The notes under the pieces are model-generated. The model ran no database searches and was not told the DNA's origin. It saw nothing but the letters and a program-made list of their open reading frames with translations. A stretch of DNA of 64,000 nucleotides from a virus. Shown in pieces: positions 26,948 to 37,439 of this stretch. How positions within the stretch are numbered: position 1 is the first letter of the stretch; each line of letters starts with the position of its first letter. Location of the stretch: the IMG/VR virus record IMGVR_UViG_3300027710_000025, positions 7,314 to 71,313 of that record; one strand, written 5' to 3'. A program made the translations under genes and the position numbers.

Positions 26948-27274
26948 ATGGAAGCACTTAAAGAAGTCACAGATTGGGGTTCGAGCACTGCCTGCAACCA
27001 CACATACCTGCTTGACGGCACTAATCTAGTTGCCTACATCAAATATGGTGACCGAGCACCTTTCTACTTTAAGAATCCAATCAAAGGATTCGACAAGCGT
27101 GGCCGCAAGTTTGAAGCAGTTAAACCTAATCCATTTACTGTAAAGAAACAGTCCAATACAATTGCTGTGCAAGGCAGCAAAGGTCAAACCTATTATGTAG
27201 ATCCAGAAGCAAAGACATGTACTTGCTCTGGCTTTCAATTCCGTGCAAAATGTAAACATTTGGAGACAGTATGA
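26948..27274 (+). CDS. SWIM zinc-finger protein
   Basis: CTCSGFQFRAKCKH. Confidence 0.8.
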   Translation: MEALKEVTDWGSSTACNHTYLLDGTNLVAYIKYGDRAPFYFKNPIKGFDKRGRKFEAVKPNPFTVKKQSNTIAVQGSKGQTYYVDPEAKTCTCSGFQFRAKCKHLETV

Positions 27275-28563
27275 GTAATTGCGATCGAGTAATCCGTAGC
27301 TTAGAAGAACATCCAAGCCGCCTAAACAAAGAAGCAATCATTGAAGCTGAACGAGGTAACACTGAACTGCTTGAAGGCTTCCAATTGGCCTTAAGTCCAT
27401 TTATCACCTTTGGTGTTAAGAAGGTACCTAGCCACAGTGGTCCAGATGGACAAGGCTTACCGTGGGTAGCTTTTAAAGAGCTGTGCGAATTGTTACGCAC
27501 ACGACAACTTACCGGCGATGACGCACGTTCTGCAATTGAACTAGCATTAAGTGCAAGCACACAGACACAATGGAATGATTGGTATCGTCGTATCCTTATT
27601 AAGGATCTTCGTTGTGGAGTCAGTGAAAAGACCATTAACAAAGTTGTTAAGAATGCCGTGCCACTGTTTGAGTGCATGTTGGCACACGATGGTGCCAATC
27701 ACGAAAGCAAAGTCTCCGGCAAGAAATTGCTAGAGCCAAAGTTAGATGGTGTTCGTGTACTGACTATTGTAGACTGTGAAGCTCGTACAGTTGTGCAATA
27801 CAGCCGCAATGGTAAAGAATTAGTTAACTTTCCGCACATCACTGAAGGACTGCTAGCACACATTGACGACTTTGATCGTAGCTTTGTGTTGGACGGTGAG
27901 ATCATCAGCACTAGTTTTCAAGCATTGATGAAGCAGGTACATCGTAAGAGTGATGCCGATGCCAGCGATGCTGTGTTGATGTTGTTTGACATGCTGCCTC
28001 TTAGCGAATTCAAAGCAGGAAAGAGTACACTTGGACAGAAGCGTAGGACTGCTTTCTTAAAACAGTTCAAAGCTACATTTGACAAAGTTGGCAACGTTGG
28101 TCTTGTTCCGCAAGTTGAAGTAGACTTAGATACTGCAATAGGCGAAATGCAGTTTGTTGCCTTTAATAAAGAAGCACTTAAGAACAACTACGAAGGCATT
28201 ATGATTAAAGATCTTGATGCCAAATATGTATGCAAACGTCATGTAGCTTGGCTCAAACAAAAACCATTTATCGAAGTATCCCTGGAGGTTACAAATGTTG
28301 AAGAAGGTACTGGCCGCAATGAAGGTCGACTGGGAGCGTTGGTCTGTTCCGGTATTGACGACGGAAAGACGATTGTCGTCAATGTTGGTAGTGGCTTTAG
28401 CGATAGTGATCGAATTGAGTTTTGGGCTGATCGTGATAGCGTCATTGGTCAAATTGTAGAAGTTCGAGCAGATGCTATTACACAAAATCAAGACGGCACA
28501 TACAGTTTGCGGTTCCCTCGCTTCCTGCGATTCCGTGGATTTAAAGCAGGAGAAAAGATTTGA
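27271..28563 (+). CDS. lig: ATP-dependent DNA ligase
   Basis: EPKLDGVR, LDGE, FD, EGIMIK, WLKQK, LRFPRF. Confidence 0.95.
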   Translation: MSNCDRVIRSLEEHPSRLNKEAIIEAERGNTELLEGFQLALSPFITFGVKKVPSHSGPDGQGLPWVAFKELCELLRTRQLTGDDARSAIELALSASTQTQWNDWYRRILIKDLRCGVSEKTINKVVKNAVPLFECMLAHDGANHESKVSGKKLLEPKLDGVRVLTIVDCEARTVVQYSRNGKELVNFPHITEGLLAHIDDFDRSFVLDGEIISTSFQALMKQVHRKSDADASDAVLMLFDMLPLSEFKAGKSTLGQKRRTAFLKQFKATFDKVGNVGLVPQVEVDLDTAIGEMQFVAFNKEALKNNYEGIMIKDLDAKYVCKRHVAWLKQKPFIEVSLEVTNVEEGTGRNEGRLGALVCSGIDDGKTIVVNVGSGFSDSDRIEFWADRDSVIGQIVEVRADAITQNQDGTYSLRFPRFLRFRGFKAGEKI

Positions 28564-28808
28564 CTCTGCCAGACGAACGCTATCGGGCAGTAGTTCAGAC
28601 TCAACGATTCCTATTAAGGTTGTTGACTACTCCTAGAATTCCTAAGGCTGTCAAAGATGAGGCTCGATGGTGTTTGCGGCATTACCCTAGCGAATATGAT
28701 ATGAAACAGGCGGCCGAAAATTGCCCCAGTGTATTTCAGGAACGGATGGAGCCATTGTACCGTATGGTTAAACAGTACGATCAAGATAAGGAAAATACAG
28801 ATGATTAA
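28560..28808 (+). CDS. hypothetical protein
   Basis: MTLPDERYRA..CLRHYP. Confidence 0.7.
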   Translation: MTLPDERYRAVVQTQRFLLRLLTTPRIPKAVKDEARWCLRHYPSEYDMKQAAENCPSVFQERMEPLYRMVKQYDQDKENTDD

Positions 28809-28989
28809 AGATGGAAGTAAGTGGGGTGATGGAATCGACAAGGTGTTCATTGTGCTTCATAGCGTAGAACAAAATGGACACACGTGGATCCACTATCGTT
28901 CCGAAAAAGTTGACGAAACAGGCACTCCAAAAGAATATAGCTGTTATCAAGAAAGTTTTCTAAGCCGCTTTAGGCCTTTACCAGAATGA
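28801..28989 (+). CDS. hypothetical protein
   Basis: 62 aa, AAGGA SD. Confidence 0.6.
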   Translation: MIKDGSKWGDGIDKVFIVLHSVEQNGHTWIHYRSEKVDETGTPKEYSCYQESFLSRFRPLPE

Positions 28990-29210
28990 CCTATCACTCG
29001 TATAAACATGATGTTAAAACAATTAGGCCCGGAGATCCTTTGTGGCATATAAAATCCAAATTAGTTATTACGCCCAGAGCTGGATTCGAAATATCCGAGA
29101 AGTGCCCGGCAGAGTACAGGGCTATTTTGAACACCTGTATGTCAAACGGTTGGTTAAAACCCGTGGCGTACTTAAAAGGATCAGAAGCAACAATGGAGTA
29201 CCTAAAATGA
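28986..29210 (+). CDS. hypothetical protein
   Basis: 74 aa, ATGA-coupled. Confidence 0.65.
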   Translation: MTYHSYKHDVKTIRPGDPLWHIKSKLVITPRAGFEISEKCPAEYRAILNTCMSNGWLKPVAYLKGSEATMEYLK

Positions 29211-29452
29211 TAGAAAAAGCAGCAGTCAAAGATCTATTCTATGGCGGAGTTATGGAAATTTTAAGTAATCGACATTACTACTATCACAGCAGTATTGGAT
29301 CTGAATACAGCCATTTTACTGATGTAGGCAAAGAAGCTATGGAAGTTTATTTGAACAATATGGCAGGGCTTATGTTCAAGGCCGAGGAAGCTAGCTTAAA
29401 TAAGCGAGCTAAAGATCTAGTGATCAACGGCCTAAAAGGAGAGAAAGTTTAA
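29207..29452 (+). CDS. hypothetical protein
   Basis: 81 aa, GGAG SD. Confidence 0.65.
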   Translation: MIEKAAVKDLFYGGVMEILSNRHYYYHSSIGSEYSHFTDVGKEAMEVYLNNMAGLMFKAEEASLNKRAKDLVINGLKGEKV

Positions 29453-29454
29453 TC

Positions 29455-29673
29455 GTGGCAAAAGAAGACCAAATTAGCATGATGGGCAAAGTAGAAGAAG
29501 TTCTGCCCAATGCTATGTTTAGAATTAAGTTAGAAAACGACCATACGGTCCTTGGACACATCTCGGGCAAGATGCGTCAACACAAAATCCAAATCCTACT
29601 TGGTGACACAGTTAGAGTCGAAATGAGCCCATATGACTTAACTCGTGCTCGTATTGCATATCGAGAGCGATAA
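29455..29673 (+). CDS. infA: translation initiation factor IF-1
   Basis: [49 protein letters not shown]. Confidence 0.96.
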   Translation: MAKEDQISMMGKVEEVLPNAMFRIKLENDHTVLGHISGKMRQHKIQILLGDTVRVEMSPYDLTRARIAYRER

Positions 29674-29696
29674 TGCAGTCTTAAAACACAGCCAAT

Positions 29697-29721
29697 AAAA
29701 AAGGCCCCGGAGGGCCTTTTT
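29697..29721. terminator. bidirectional intrinsic terminator
   Basis: AAAAAAGGCCC-CGGA-GGGCCTTTTT between convergent genes. Confidence 0.85.
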
Positions 29722-30241
29722 ATTCTTGTATACCTAAGTATATCTTCCAGTCGTCGTGCTTGACGTCGAATGGCATTTTCCTACGGCGGTCCACAAGTTC
29801 CCAGTAAGTGGGCTTGTGAGGCTTATGCTTGGGCACAATCTTCTTGTTGTTACCTTTGTTAGCATTGCAAGTACCACAGGCACAGACTGTATTTTCAAAC
29901 GTAGTCTTACCACCGTGCGAAGTTGGCAACACGTGGTCCAAAGTAGCTGTTCGCTTGTTCACTTCTGTTCCACAATATTGGCAAGAATAGCCGTCACGCA
30001 AGAACACGTTCTGCTTGGAATAGCGAATAGTGCTCTTAGGTTTCATATACTCAGTCAGCATTAGTACCGAGGGAACTTTAGTTTCCCAATTTGCAGAGTG
30101 AACAACCCAATCGTCATACCAGCTCAATACAACGGCCTTTTCCAAAACCATGTATCGAATCGCATCTTGCCAGTTGATAATGCTAACTGGCAATAGGCAG
30201 ACTGGCTGTGCGTCAGAGTTTAAAAGTAGTACATCGCTCAT
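29720..30241 (-). CDS. HNH endonuclease (McrA-like)
   Basis: RDGYSCQYCG..TLDHVLP..GG..N.VCAC..CN. Confidence 0.92.
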   Translation of the reverse strand: MSDVLLLNSDAQPVCLLPVSIINWQDAIRYMVLEKAVVLSWYDDWVVHSANWETKVPSVLMLTEYMKPKSTIRYSKQNVFLRDGYSCQYCGTEVNKRTATLDHVLPTSHGGKTTFENTVCACGTCNANKGNNKKIVPKHKPHKPTYWELVDRRRKMPFDVKHDDWKIYLGIQE

Positions 30242-30303
30242 AATGAGTATTTATTGTGGTTTACATAGCATATATTATAACATTGATTGGTAAAAAATGC
30301 AAC

Positions 30304-30591
30304 CTATATCTTGCTGACATTTATGTCGCTATCCGCTGACAGTTTCCAAATTTGTCTACGCTCCACACCTCTCTTTTGTGCAAACTGTTTTGGATTGCAA
30401 TTTGAACAGACATGGTAATAGTCATTGCTAGTTCTTTTCTTACTCATCTTTCCTTGATCTCTTTCAAACAAGGACTGGCAGTTGTCGCATTGAATTACTA
30501 ATATTGTTTTTGTTCTAGTATATGCATGTGACTTATTATGCTTACTGGGCCTAGTATATTCTGTGGAAATTTTTTTAGTTTGTATCAGCAT
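30304..30591 (-). CDS. basic zinc-finger-like protein
   Basis: CDNC...CSNC. Confidence 0.6.
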   Translation of the reverse strand: MLIQTKKISTEYTRPSKHNKSHAYTRTKTILVIQCDNCQSLFERDQGKMSKKRTSNDYYHVCSNCNPKQFAQKRGVERRQIWKLSADSDINVSKI

Positions 30592-30668
30592 TGAATATTT
30601 ACATTTGGATTATAAAAATCCAAACTAAATACCAGTATAACTAGCTAAGACGCTAACCTGGACAAAAA

Positions 30669-32750
30669 ATGAGCAATATATTCAATTCATTCGGTGCTGT
30701 ATCCACATTAACTGATGCAACAGTGTTTCCCGTAGTGCAAAACGGGCAGACTAAGAAAGCCACAGGTGCCGACCTAAAGAGTTTTATCGGGTCTATTGGT
30801 GCAAGTGGTGCTGGCAGTATTGGTGCAACAGGTGCAACTGGTCCTGCAGGAGTTGACGGTGCAACAGGTGCTGCGGGTGTAAATGGTGCAACAGGTGCAA
30901 CTGGTCCTGCAGGAGTTGACGGTGCAACAGGTGCTGCGGGTACAAATGGATCTACAGGTGCAACAGGTGCTCAAGGGGCCACTGGGCCAGCAGGCCCAAC
31001 AAATACAGCAACTACTGCCACTTTAGGTGGAATTATTGTTGGCCATAATCTTTCTGTAACTACAGCAGGTACATTAAGTGCTATTACCAGTGTTGTAGGA
31101 GATGTTGCTCCTGCTAACCCAGTAGAAGGTGATATGTGGTGGGATAGCGTTTTGGGACGCAGCTTTACATACTTTGACGGGCTTTGGGTTGAATCAAGCC
31201 CTAACTTAGGTGCGGTAGGCCCTGCAGGTGCAACAGGTGCCGGAGCTACGGGTGCAACAGGTCCTGCAGGAGTAGATGGTGCAACTGGTGCAACAGGTTT
31301 ACTAGGAAGCACCGGTGCAACTGGGCTAGTTGGTTCTACAGGTATTCAAGGTGCTACAGGTATTCAAGGTGCTACAGGACAATCTGGCAGCACAGGTGCT
31401 ACAGGTTATCAGGGAACCACAGGTGCTACAGGCCCGCAAGGTATTAGCATAGTATTGATTGGTAGCACAGATACTGTTACTACAGCCACAGTTGGCCTAG
31501 GAGAAATAGGTCAAGGGTGGATTAACACTACAGACGGTGATGTTTATTTTTGGAATACATTAACCACACTTTGGGAAAACATTGGACCTATTGTTGGGCC
31601 ACAAGGTGGCCCTGGCCCGTTAGGTGCAACTGGTATGGAAGGTGCTACTGGTGCTACAGGACCTGCCGGAGAAGTTGGTGCAACCGGGTTAGATGGTGCA
31701 ACTGGTTTTACAGGTAATAATGGTGCTACTGGTGCTACTGGTCCTGCTGGAGAAGTCGGTGCTACAGGCCTTACAGGACCGGACACATACACTCCACTTA
31801 CTCCAACAGATTGGCAAGGTAGTCCAACAGTAGCAACATTTACAGCAGGTCTAGACGAACTAGCTAGCAGAACAGTATCACTTGAAGACAGCAAGGATAG
31901 ACTAACCACAGGTAGTTACAGCGTAGTTTTAGGTGCAGATGGTGTACTGACATTACCTGGCGGCAATACTCGTATTGGTGATGTTTATGGTGCTGGTAAT
32001 GATGTTATTGCAGGCAGTACCGGCACCGCAGTAGGCGTTCTTACCCAAGGCACGGGCGGATATGCTGCCTTACAATGGATAGGTGACACTACTACATCAA
32101 CTACCAACGCAGCAGCGGTGATTGTTAATAGTCCTTTCTCAGCAAGTAGCGGCACTGTACAAATAGCAACAGGAGCAGTTAATGGACCAGTAACAGATAA
32201 TATTTGGGAATTTGGTTCAACTGGAACATTAACCGCTCCGGGACATATCCTACCCAGCACTGACCTGGCCTATGACTTAGGTAGTACTAGCAGTCAGTGG
32301 CGTAGTATCCATGTGGGTACAGGCACAATTTACATTGGTGGCGTAGCACTTGGAGTTAACCAAGACAACTATGTCACAGTTGACGGCAATCCTATTATCA
32401 CGGTAACTACTAGCGGTAGTATATCTGTACAAGGTGACACTAACCTCATCTTGGGCAGTGTAGTAATAAGTGACACAGCACCAGACGCAACTACACCTGG
32501 ATCACAATGGTTCAATACCGTGGAAGCCCGTACTTATGTGGCCTACAACGAACAGTGGGTTGATAGCAGTCCTACTGTATTAGCACCGCCAGACACCAAT
32601 CCTACGCTTGAATCAGTGACATTCAACGATGCTACTGTACAGACCACAGCTTGGACAGGTACTTATAGTTACGACGACTTAACAGACAAGCCTGTTGCTC
32701 CTACATTTGTAGGCGGCGGTGGTGCTAACACTTGGCTAACAGCAGAGTAA
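30669..32750 (+). CDS. collagen-like tail fibre/virion protein
   Basis: three G-X-Y tracts dominated by GAT triplets, with WWDS/WFNT fibre knots. Confidence 0.85.
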   Translation: MSNIFNSFGAVSTLTDATVFPVVQNGQTKKATGADLKSFIGSIGASGAGSIGATGATGPAGVDGATGAAGVNGATGATGPAGVDGATGAAGTNGSTGATGAQGATGPAGPTNTATTATLGGIIVGHNLSVTTAGTLSAITSVVGDVAPANPVEGDMWWDSVLGRSFTYFDGLWVESSPNLGAVGPAGATGAGATGATGPAGVDGATGATGLLGSTGATGLVGSTGIQGATGIQGATGQSGSTGATGYQGTTGATGPQGISIVLIGSTDTVTTATVGLGEIGQGWINTTDGDVYFWNTLTTLWENIGPIVGPQGGPGPLGATGMEGATGATGPAGEVGATGLDGATGFTGNNGATGATGPAGEVGATGLTGPDTYTPLTPTDWQGSPTVATFTAGLDELASRTVSLEDSKDRLTTGSYSVVLGADGVLTLPGGNTRIGDVYGAGNDVIAGSTGTAVGVLTQGTGGYAALQWIGDTTTSTTNAAAVIVNSPFSASSGTVQIATGAVNGPVTDNIWEFGSTGTLTAPGHILPSTDLAYDLGSTSSQWRSIHVGTGTIYIGGVALGVNQDNYVTVDGNPIITVTTSGSISVQGDTNLILGSVVISDTAPDATTPGSQWFNTVEARTYVAYNEQWVDSSPTVLAPPDTNPTLESVTFNDATVQTTAWTGTYSYDDLTDKPVAPTFVGGGGANTWLTAE
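30822..30941 (+). repeat. 63-bp-period tandem duplication in the collagen tract
   Basis: identical 57-nt blocks start at 30822 and 30885. Confidence 0.85.
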
Positions 32751-32757
32751 GGTAAAT

Positions 32758-32964
32758 ATGACTATGGCAATAATATTTCCCACAGATCCCGCTCTAGGGC
32801 AGGAATTCCTAGCAGACAACGGTGTTACATACAATTGGATGGGCACACATTGGTCAAATAAAATACCAACGGCAGCAGGAACAGCACACTATACAGCAGT
32901 TGGCGGATTTGCCAACACTGAAACTTTTAACAGCACCCTAGACGGTGGTAACGGAGCACAATAA
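32758..32964 (+). CDS. small virion/fibre-associated protein
   Basis: MAIIFP.DP..G...GVTY.W.G..W motif shared with the N-terminus of 38813. Confidence 0.65.
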   Translation: MTMAIIFPTDPALGQEFLADNGVTYNWMGTHWSNKIPTAAGTAHYTAVGGFANTETFNSTLDGGNGAQ

Positions 32965-32966
32965 AA

Positions 32967-35900
32967 ATGACAACAAGAATCAAACTACGCAGAGACACAG
33001 CCGCTAACTGGCTTGACTCAAACCCAATTTTAGCCGCAGGTGAGCCTGGCTTAGAAACAGACACTGGCAAAGTCAAATACGGTGACGGCGTCTCGGCCTG
33101 GGCACTGCTACCACATGCCGGTAGTGATACCCTTGACGATCAAGGCAATGTCGTAATCACAGCAGGTAGCACAGAGCATTGGATTGCTACACAGCGTAGA
33201 GAAGATTATAACACTGAACCACGCGGTCAGCGTTATGACAGCCAGGGCAATCTATATGCGTTGACTAAATCTGAGGCTGGTCAAGGATTTTCAGTTGCAG
33301 TTATTACCAAATACACAGCCACTGGTTCAGTTGCTTGGCAAAAGTCCTTTACTGATGTTTTTCCAACAGCATTGGCAGTAGACAGCAGTGACAGTGCTTA
33401 TATTACTCTAGGAAGATCAGAAGCACCGGTAGTTGCAGTGGTCAAGTTCAGTACCGCAGGTGCTATACAGTGGCAAAAAAACTACGACATTGGTCCGGTT
33501 ATGTCATTCGATGCCTACTTAGAAGAAAAGAGTTCTAGTACAATGGCCCTGGCAGTTACAGGAGTAACAGGAGAAATTCCAGCACCAAATCTTGTTTTGG
33601 TAATGGAGATCAGTAGCACAGATGGGTCGGTACAAATCAAGAAACAACTGGCACTTGCTGAAGAAGATCAGGTAGTAGCAGTTACAGGCATCGATGTTGA
33701 CGGCGACCAAAATGTCTATGTCACTGGTTATTATTATGATGCTGTCAATGACGGTAAGAACAAGATGTTCATTGAAAAACTAGATGAAGATCTAGATCGC
33801 ATATGGTCAAAGAGTCTAGAAACTGATAACAGTTATGATATGGCGGGCGGTGACTGTGCCAGTGACGCACTGGGCAATGTCTATGCTGTGGGCACATACC
33901 TAGTTGATACGGTCAATAGTGTCAACGGAACTAGCGATAGAACCGCAGCCGTATTAGTTAAATTAAACTCCAGCGGTGTTGTACAGTGGACTCGTAGGAT
34001 TTCAGGACCCTGCAACAATATTGTTGCAGGCCTAACAGCCACTGCCACTGGCGATGTTTATCTATCTTCTGTGACATTTGTTGTTAATGCTACCGGAAAC
34101 CTTGCTCAAGAAAGTGAACTTGAGCAAGAAGGATATGGCAGCAGAAAAATACTTGTGGCACGCTATAACACCCAAGGTGCTGTTATTTGGCAACGCTATG
34201 TTGATGTAGCACAGATAGACGAAGAGGACTTTGACGGTGGCGATTATGGCATTGGACAGGCTGTGGCAGTATTTGGTGACAAGTTTGCGGTCAGCGGTTA
34301 TGGCCGTAGTACAAATAGTGGTCCAACAGCCTATGGCGGTTCAGCAGATCAAGAAGCAGATTATTTTATAGTACAGTTGCCCACAGATGGAACAGAACTG
34401 ACCATAGGTGATCTATCATTTACCGAAAGCCGTATTCCTGGACGCTTTGTCACACACGAAGCATCTAACAGTCCTTTGGTCATTGCCAACTACTCTGAAA
34501 CAATTCTAGCAGAAGACGCTGAACTAACAACAGACACTAACGCTCGGGTGTCCAACCGTATTGTCAACAGCGAGTCCTATCAGTATAAGTTTGGTGCTGA
34601 TGGCACATTGACTGTGCCCAACGATGGCGACATTAAGTTGACACAGTCGCAGGTAGGCTACTTTATGGCTGTGGGCAAGACCTACAACGATGACAACGAC
34701 ATTATGGCTCGTGCTACCGCAGTGGACTCGTTTGGTAATCTGTATCTTGCTGGTCAAGACAGTGATCGAGATCAACCATTTGTAATGAAGATCTCGCCAG
34801 AAGGCGACAGACTGTGGAGTGTTACCATTGAGGATGATGATGATGGTGACGGTGGTTGGGCTTGGGCCGTTAGCGTACATCCTACCACCGGTAATATCAT
34901 GGTCTTGGCTGAAATGTATGGCGAATACGACTATAGTATTTTAGTCACCGTGGATCAGGACACTGGTCGTATTTTAGATCACGAAAAGTTTAGCGATTCT
35001 ACTGCTGATGTTACGCTACATGACATGGCCTGGACCAGTACTGGAACTTATGTGTTGGCAGGAGAAAAACAAGGTGAGTTCGCTGACGAACTTGAGGTAG
35101 TTCCGCAATCTGGCAGTACCACAGGCACAATCCTTATATTAAGAAGTGCTGTTGATGTTGAGCCAAGCACTAGTTGGCAGATTGGCGGTACAGGATTTAG
35201 CGTATTTGAAAGTATTGCTAACATTGAACGCTACACAGGTCTAACTGGTACTACACAAGAAGGTAGTGGTGCCACATTTGACATCATTAACAACGGCAAT
35301 GGAACTTATAGTGCTAGTGTTGTTAATGGTGGCTCTAACTATCTACCAGGACACAAGATCAAGATTTTAGGTACAAGTTTAACAGGTGCTGAAAATACTA
35401 GCACATTTACTAGTGGTGCTGAATATACAGCTGGACAAGTAAATTTTGCTGGTACCGGTGGTATTTTTGCTCCTTGGTATGTTGGCGTTAACTCCGCACT
35501 TACAAGTATTACATCATTAATAACCACAGGAACAACGCTTACACTTACAGTCGGTGGTGCGACTACATCAACTAGTGTGGTTACTGTTGGAGAATTTGAA
35601 GGGAACGCACTGTATGAAGTTGGTGATCTTAGTTTCTTTGGAACTAGCGGTACAAGCATTGACAGTATTACTGTAGGCAATGGTACTTACGGTACTGGAG
35701 CAACACCTGCTAACGACATCATCCTCACAGTGGCTGCTGCGGATGCGGGTGTTATTACTCTTGTAACTAACAGCGGAACAGCCGCAGGAACTTTTGGTGC
35801 TACTGCTACTGCGGTAACAGGTACTAACTACGAAGTAGGTAGTGGATTTGAACTTACATTTGAAAGTTCAAGATACAGTAACCTTTACACTGACTACAAC

Positions 35901-37430
35901 TACTCCAATATCACTAACCAAGGTTCTAACTATGTAGAAAATGATATCATTGTTATCGCAGGAACAAGCCTAGGCGGAACAAGCCCAGCAAACGATCTAA
36001 CTGTGAGAGTATATGCGTCAGGTGGCACAGTTGGATATGTTAACGAATTCTCAGGTACCAGCCAATCAACAACTTGGAAGTTTGAAACAACTACACAGGT
36101 TGATTTTGCTGGCACAGGTACCTGGAATATTACCTATCCATTGAGCGAAGAATCTGTGTTGATTACTCCTTCATGGCAGCGTACTTTTGGTACATTGGTC
36201 AACTACTCAGATAGAATCGGTTCTGTAGCATTAGACACTGGTAACAACATCATTGCTGTGGGTATGGCTGCTGGTGAAATATCGACCAGTACTACTACTA
36301 TTCGAGATCTTGCCGTAGTCTATAAGTTTAACAGCGAAGGTACTCTACTGTGGACTCGTCAACTCAACGAAGTCAACGACGATTGCTATGCTAGAAGTGT
36401 GGTAACCATCGGTACAGACATCTATGTCACACACTTTAGTACTGATGACGGAGACACAGTAGTTACTAAACTAGATGCCAGTGGTAACATCAAATGGCAG
36501 CGTATAACCAACAGCGATGACGACACCTGTATTGCTCGCACAGCCGACGGTGATCTGATAGTAATCTCTGAAGCCTACTACAATTTTGCCGACGATGATG
36601 GTATTAAAATAATCAGATTCAGTCCTAATGGCGAAGTTGTTTACAAGCGTTGGTTAACGGCCACTACCAATGACGATACCTGGTTGGCCACACCTCGTGG
36701 ATTGACTACAGATGCCCACAGTTTCTATATTGGTGCGTATTTTAGTACTGACGACTATGAATCAGGATTAGCAGTTCGACTACCCCTAGACGGTTCAGGC
36801 ACAGGCGAACACGGTTCATTCAGTTATGTCGATGTCAATAACGAAACCAGTAACTGGCTGTCAACTGGCATTGAAGACGAAAACTTTACTGTTGGAGAAC
36901 TTGATCTAGAATCCGAAAACAACTATGCCGGTCCGTTGGCCGACGGCAACCATCCCTACATCAACACTGGAACCACAGTCACAGTGAGCATGGGTGATTT
37001 CTATGTTGACAGTTACTACCCAGGGTTGACTGTGGAACCTGTTCGTGATACAGATGGTGGCAGTATTGTGTTTGCCGATGGCTCAAAGCAGAGCACCAGT
37101 GCTACAGACATTCCGCAACGCATTTATACTGGACAGCGTTATACATTGAGTATGAAAGATCGCGGACATCACATCCTATGCGACAGATCCGACGACAATA
37201 TTGTAATCCCTTACAACGCTCGTGTTCCTTTTCCTATAGGCACTGTGATTACCATTGTTAATAGAAGCAGCGATACTATCAACATTAGTAAAGAAGGCGG
37301 TAGTATTGAAGTAATGTTGGCCGGTGATGGGTTCTATAGTTATTTCGACCTAGCACCATACGGTGTTGCTACACTGCTAAAGATCGGCATTGAGTCTTGG
37401 ATGATTTCCGGCAATGTTAGCCCAGACTAA
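32967..37430 (+). CDS. large tail fibre/receptor-binding protein (Mtd_N plus beta-propeller repeats)
   Basis: IKLRRDTAANW..NPILAAGEPGLETDTGKVKYGDG; repeated K.nssG...W blades. Confidence 0.85.
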   Translation: MTTRIKLRRDTAANWLDSNPILAAGEPGLETDTGKVKYGDGVSAWALLPHAGSDTLDDQGNVVITAGSTEHWIATQRREDYNTEPRGQRYDSQGNLYALTKSEAGQGFSVAVITKYTATGSVAWQKSFTDVFPTALAVDSSDSAYITLGRSEAPVVAVVKFSTAGAIQWQKNYDIGPVMSFDAYLEEKSSSTMALAVTGVTGEIPAPNLVLVMEISSTDGSVQIKKQLALAEEDQVVAVTGIDVDGDQNVYVTGYYYDAVNDGKNKMFIEKLDEDLDRIWSKSLETDNSYDMAGGDCASDALGNVYAVGTYLVDTVNSVNGTSDRTAAVLVKLNSSGVVQWTRRISGPCNNIVAGLTATATGDVYLSSVTFVVNATGNLAQESELEQEGYGSRKILVARYNTQGAVIWQRYVDVAQIDEEDFDGGDYGIGQAVAVFGDKFAVSGYGRSTNSGPTAYGGSADQEADYFIVQLPTDGTELTIGDLSFTESRIPGRFVTHEASNSPLVIANYSETILAEDAELTTDTNARVSNRIVNSESYQYKFGADGTLTVPNDGDIKLTQSQVGYFMAVGKTYNDDNDIMARATAVDSFGNLYLAGQDSDRDQPFVMKISPEGDRLWSVTIEDDDDGDGGWAWAVSVHPTTGNIMVLAEMYGEYDYSILVTVDQDTGRILDHEKFSDSTADVTLHDMAWTSTGTYVLAGEKQGEFADELEVVPQSGSTTGTILILRSAVDVEPSTSWQIGGTGFSVFESIANIERYTGLTGTTQEGSGATFDIINNGNGTYSASVVNGGSNYLPGHKIKILGTSLTGAENTSTFTSGAEYTAGQVNFAGTGGIFAPWYVGVNSALTSITSLITTGTTLTLTVGGATTSTSVVTVGEFEGNALYEVGDLSFFGTSGTSIDSITVGNGTYGTGATPANDIILTVAAADAGVITLVTNSGTAAGTFGATATAVTGTNYEVGSGFELTFESSRYSNLYTDYNYSNITNQGSNYVENDIIVIAGTSLGGTSPANDLTVRVYASGGTVGYVNEFSGTSQSTTWKFETTTQVDFAGTGTWNITYPLSEESVLITPSWQRTFGTLVNYSDRIGSVALDTGNNIIAVGMAAGEISTSTTTIRDLAVVYKFNSEGTLLWTRQLNEVNDDCYARSVVTIGTDIYVTHFSTDDGDTVVTKLDASGNIKWQRITNSDDDTCIARTADGDLIVISEAYYNFADDDGIKIIRFSPNGEVVYKRWLTATTNDDTWLATPRGLTTDAHSFYIGAYFSTDDYESGLAVRLPLDGSGTGEHGSFSYVDVNNETSNWLSTGIEDENFTVGELDLESENNYAGPLADGNHPYINTGTTVTVSMGDFYVDSYYPGLTVEPVRDTDGGSIVFADGSKQSTSATDIPQRIYTGQRYTLSMKDRGHHILCDRSDDNIVIPYNARVPFPIGTVITIVNRSSDTINISKEGGSIEVMLAGDGFYSYFDLAPYGVATLLKIGIESWMISGNVSPD

Positions 37431-37439
37431 GGAGACACT

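Noticed and set aside
30774-32260. Cys-rich and Pro/Val-rich minus-strand ORFs
   Set aside because: Reverse-frame artefacts of the collagen repeats
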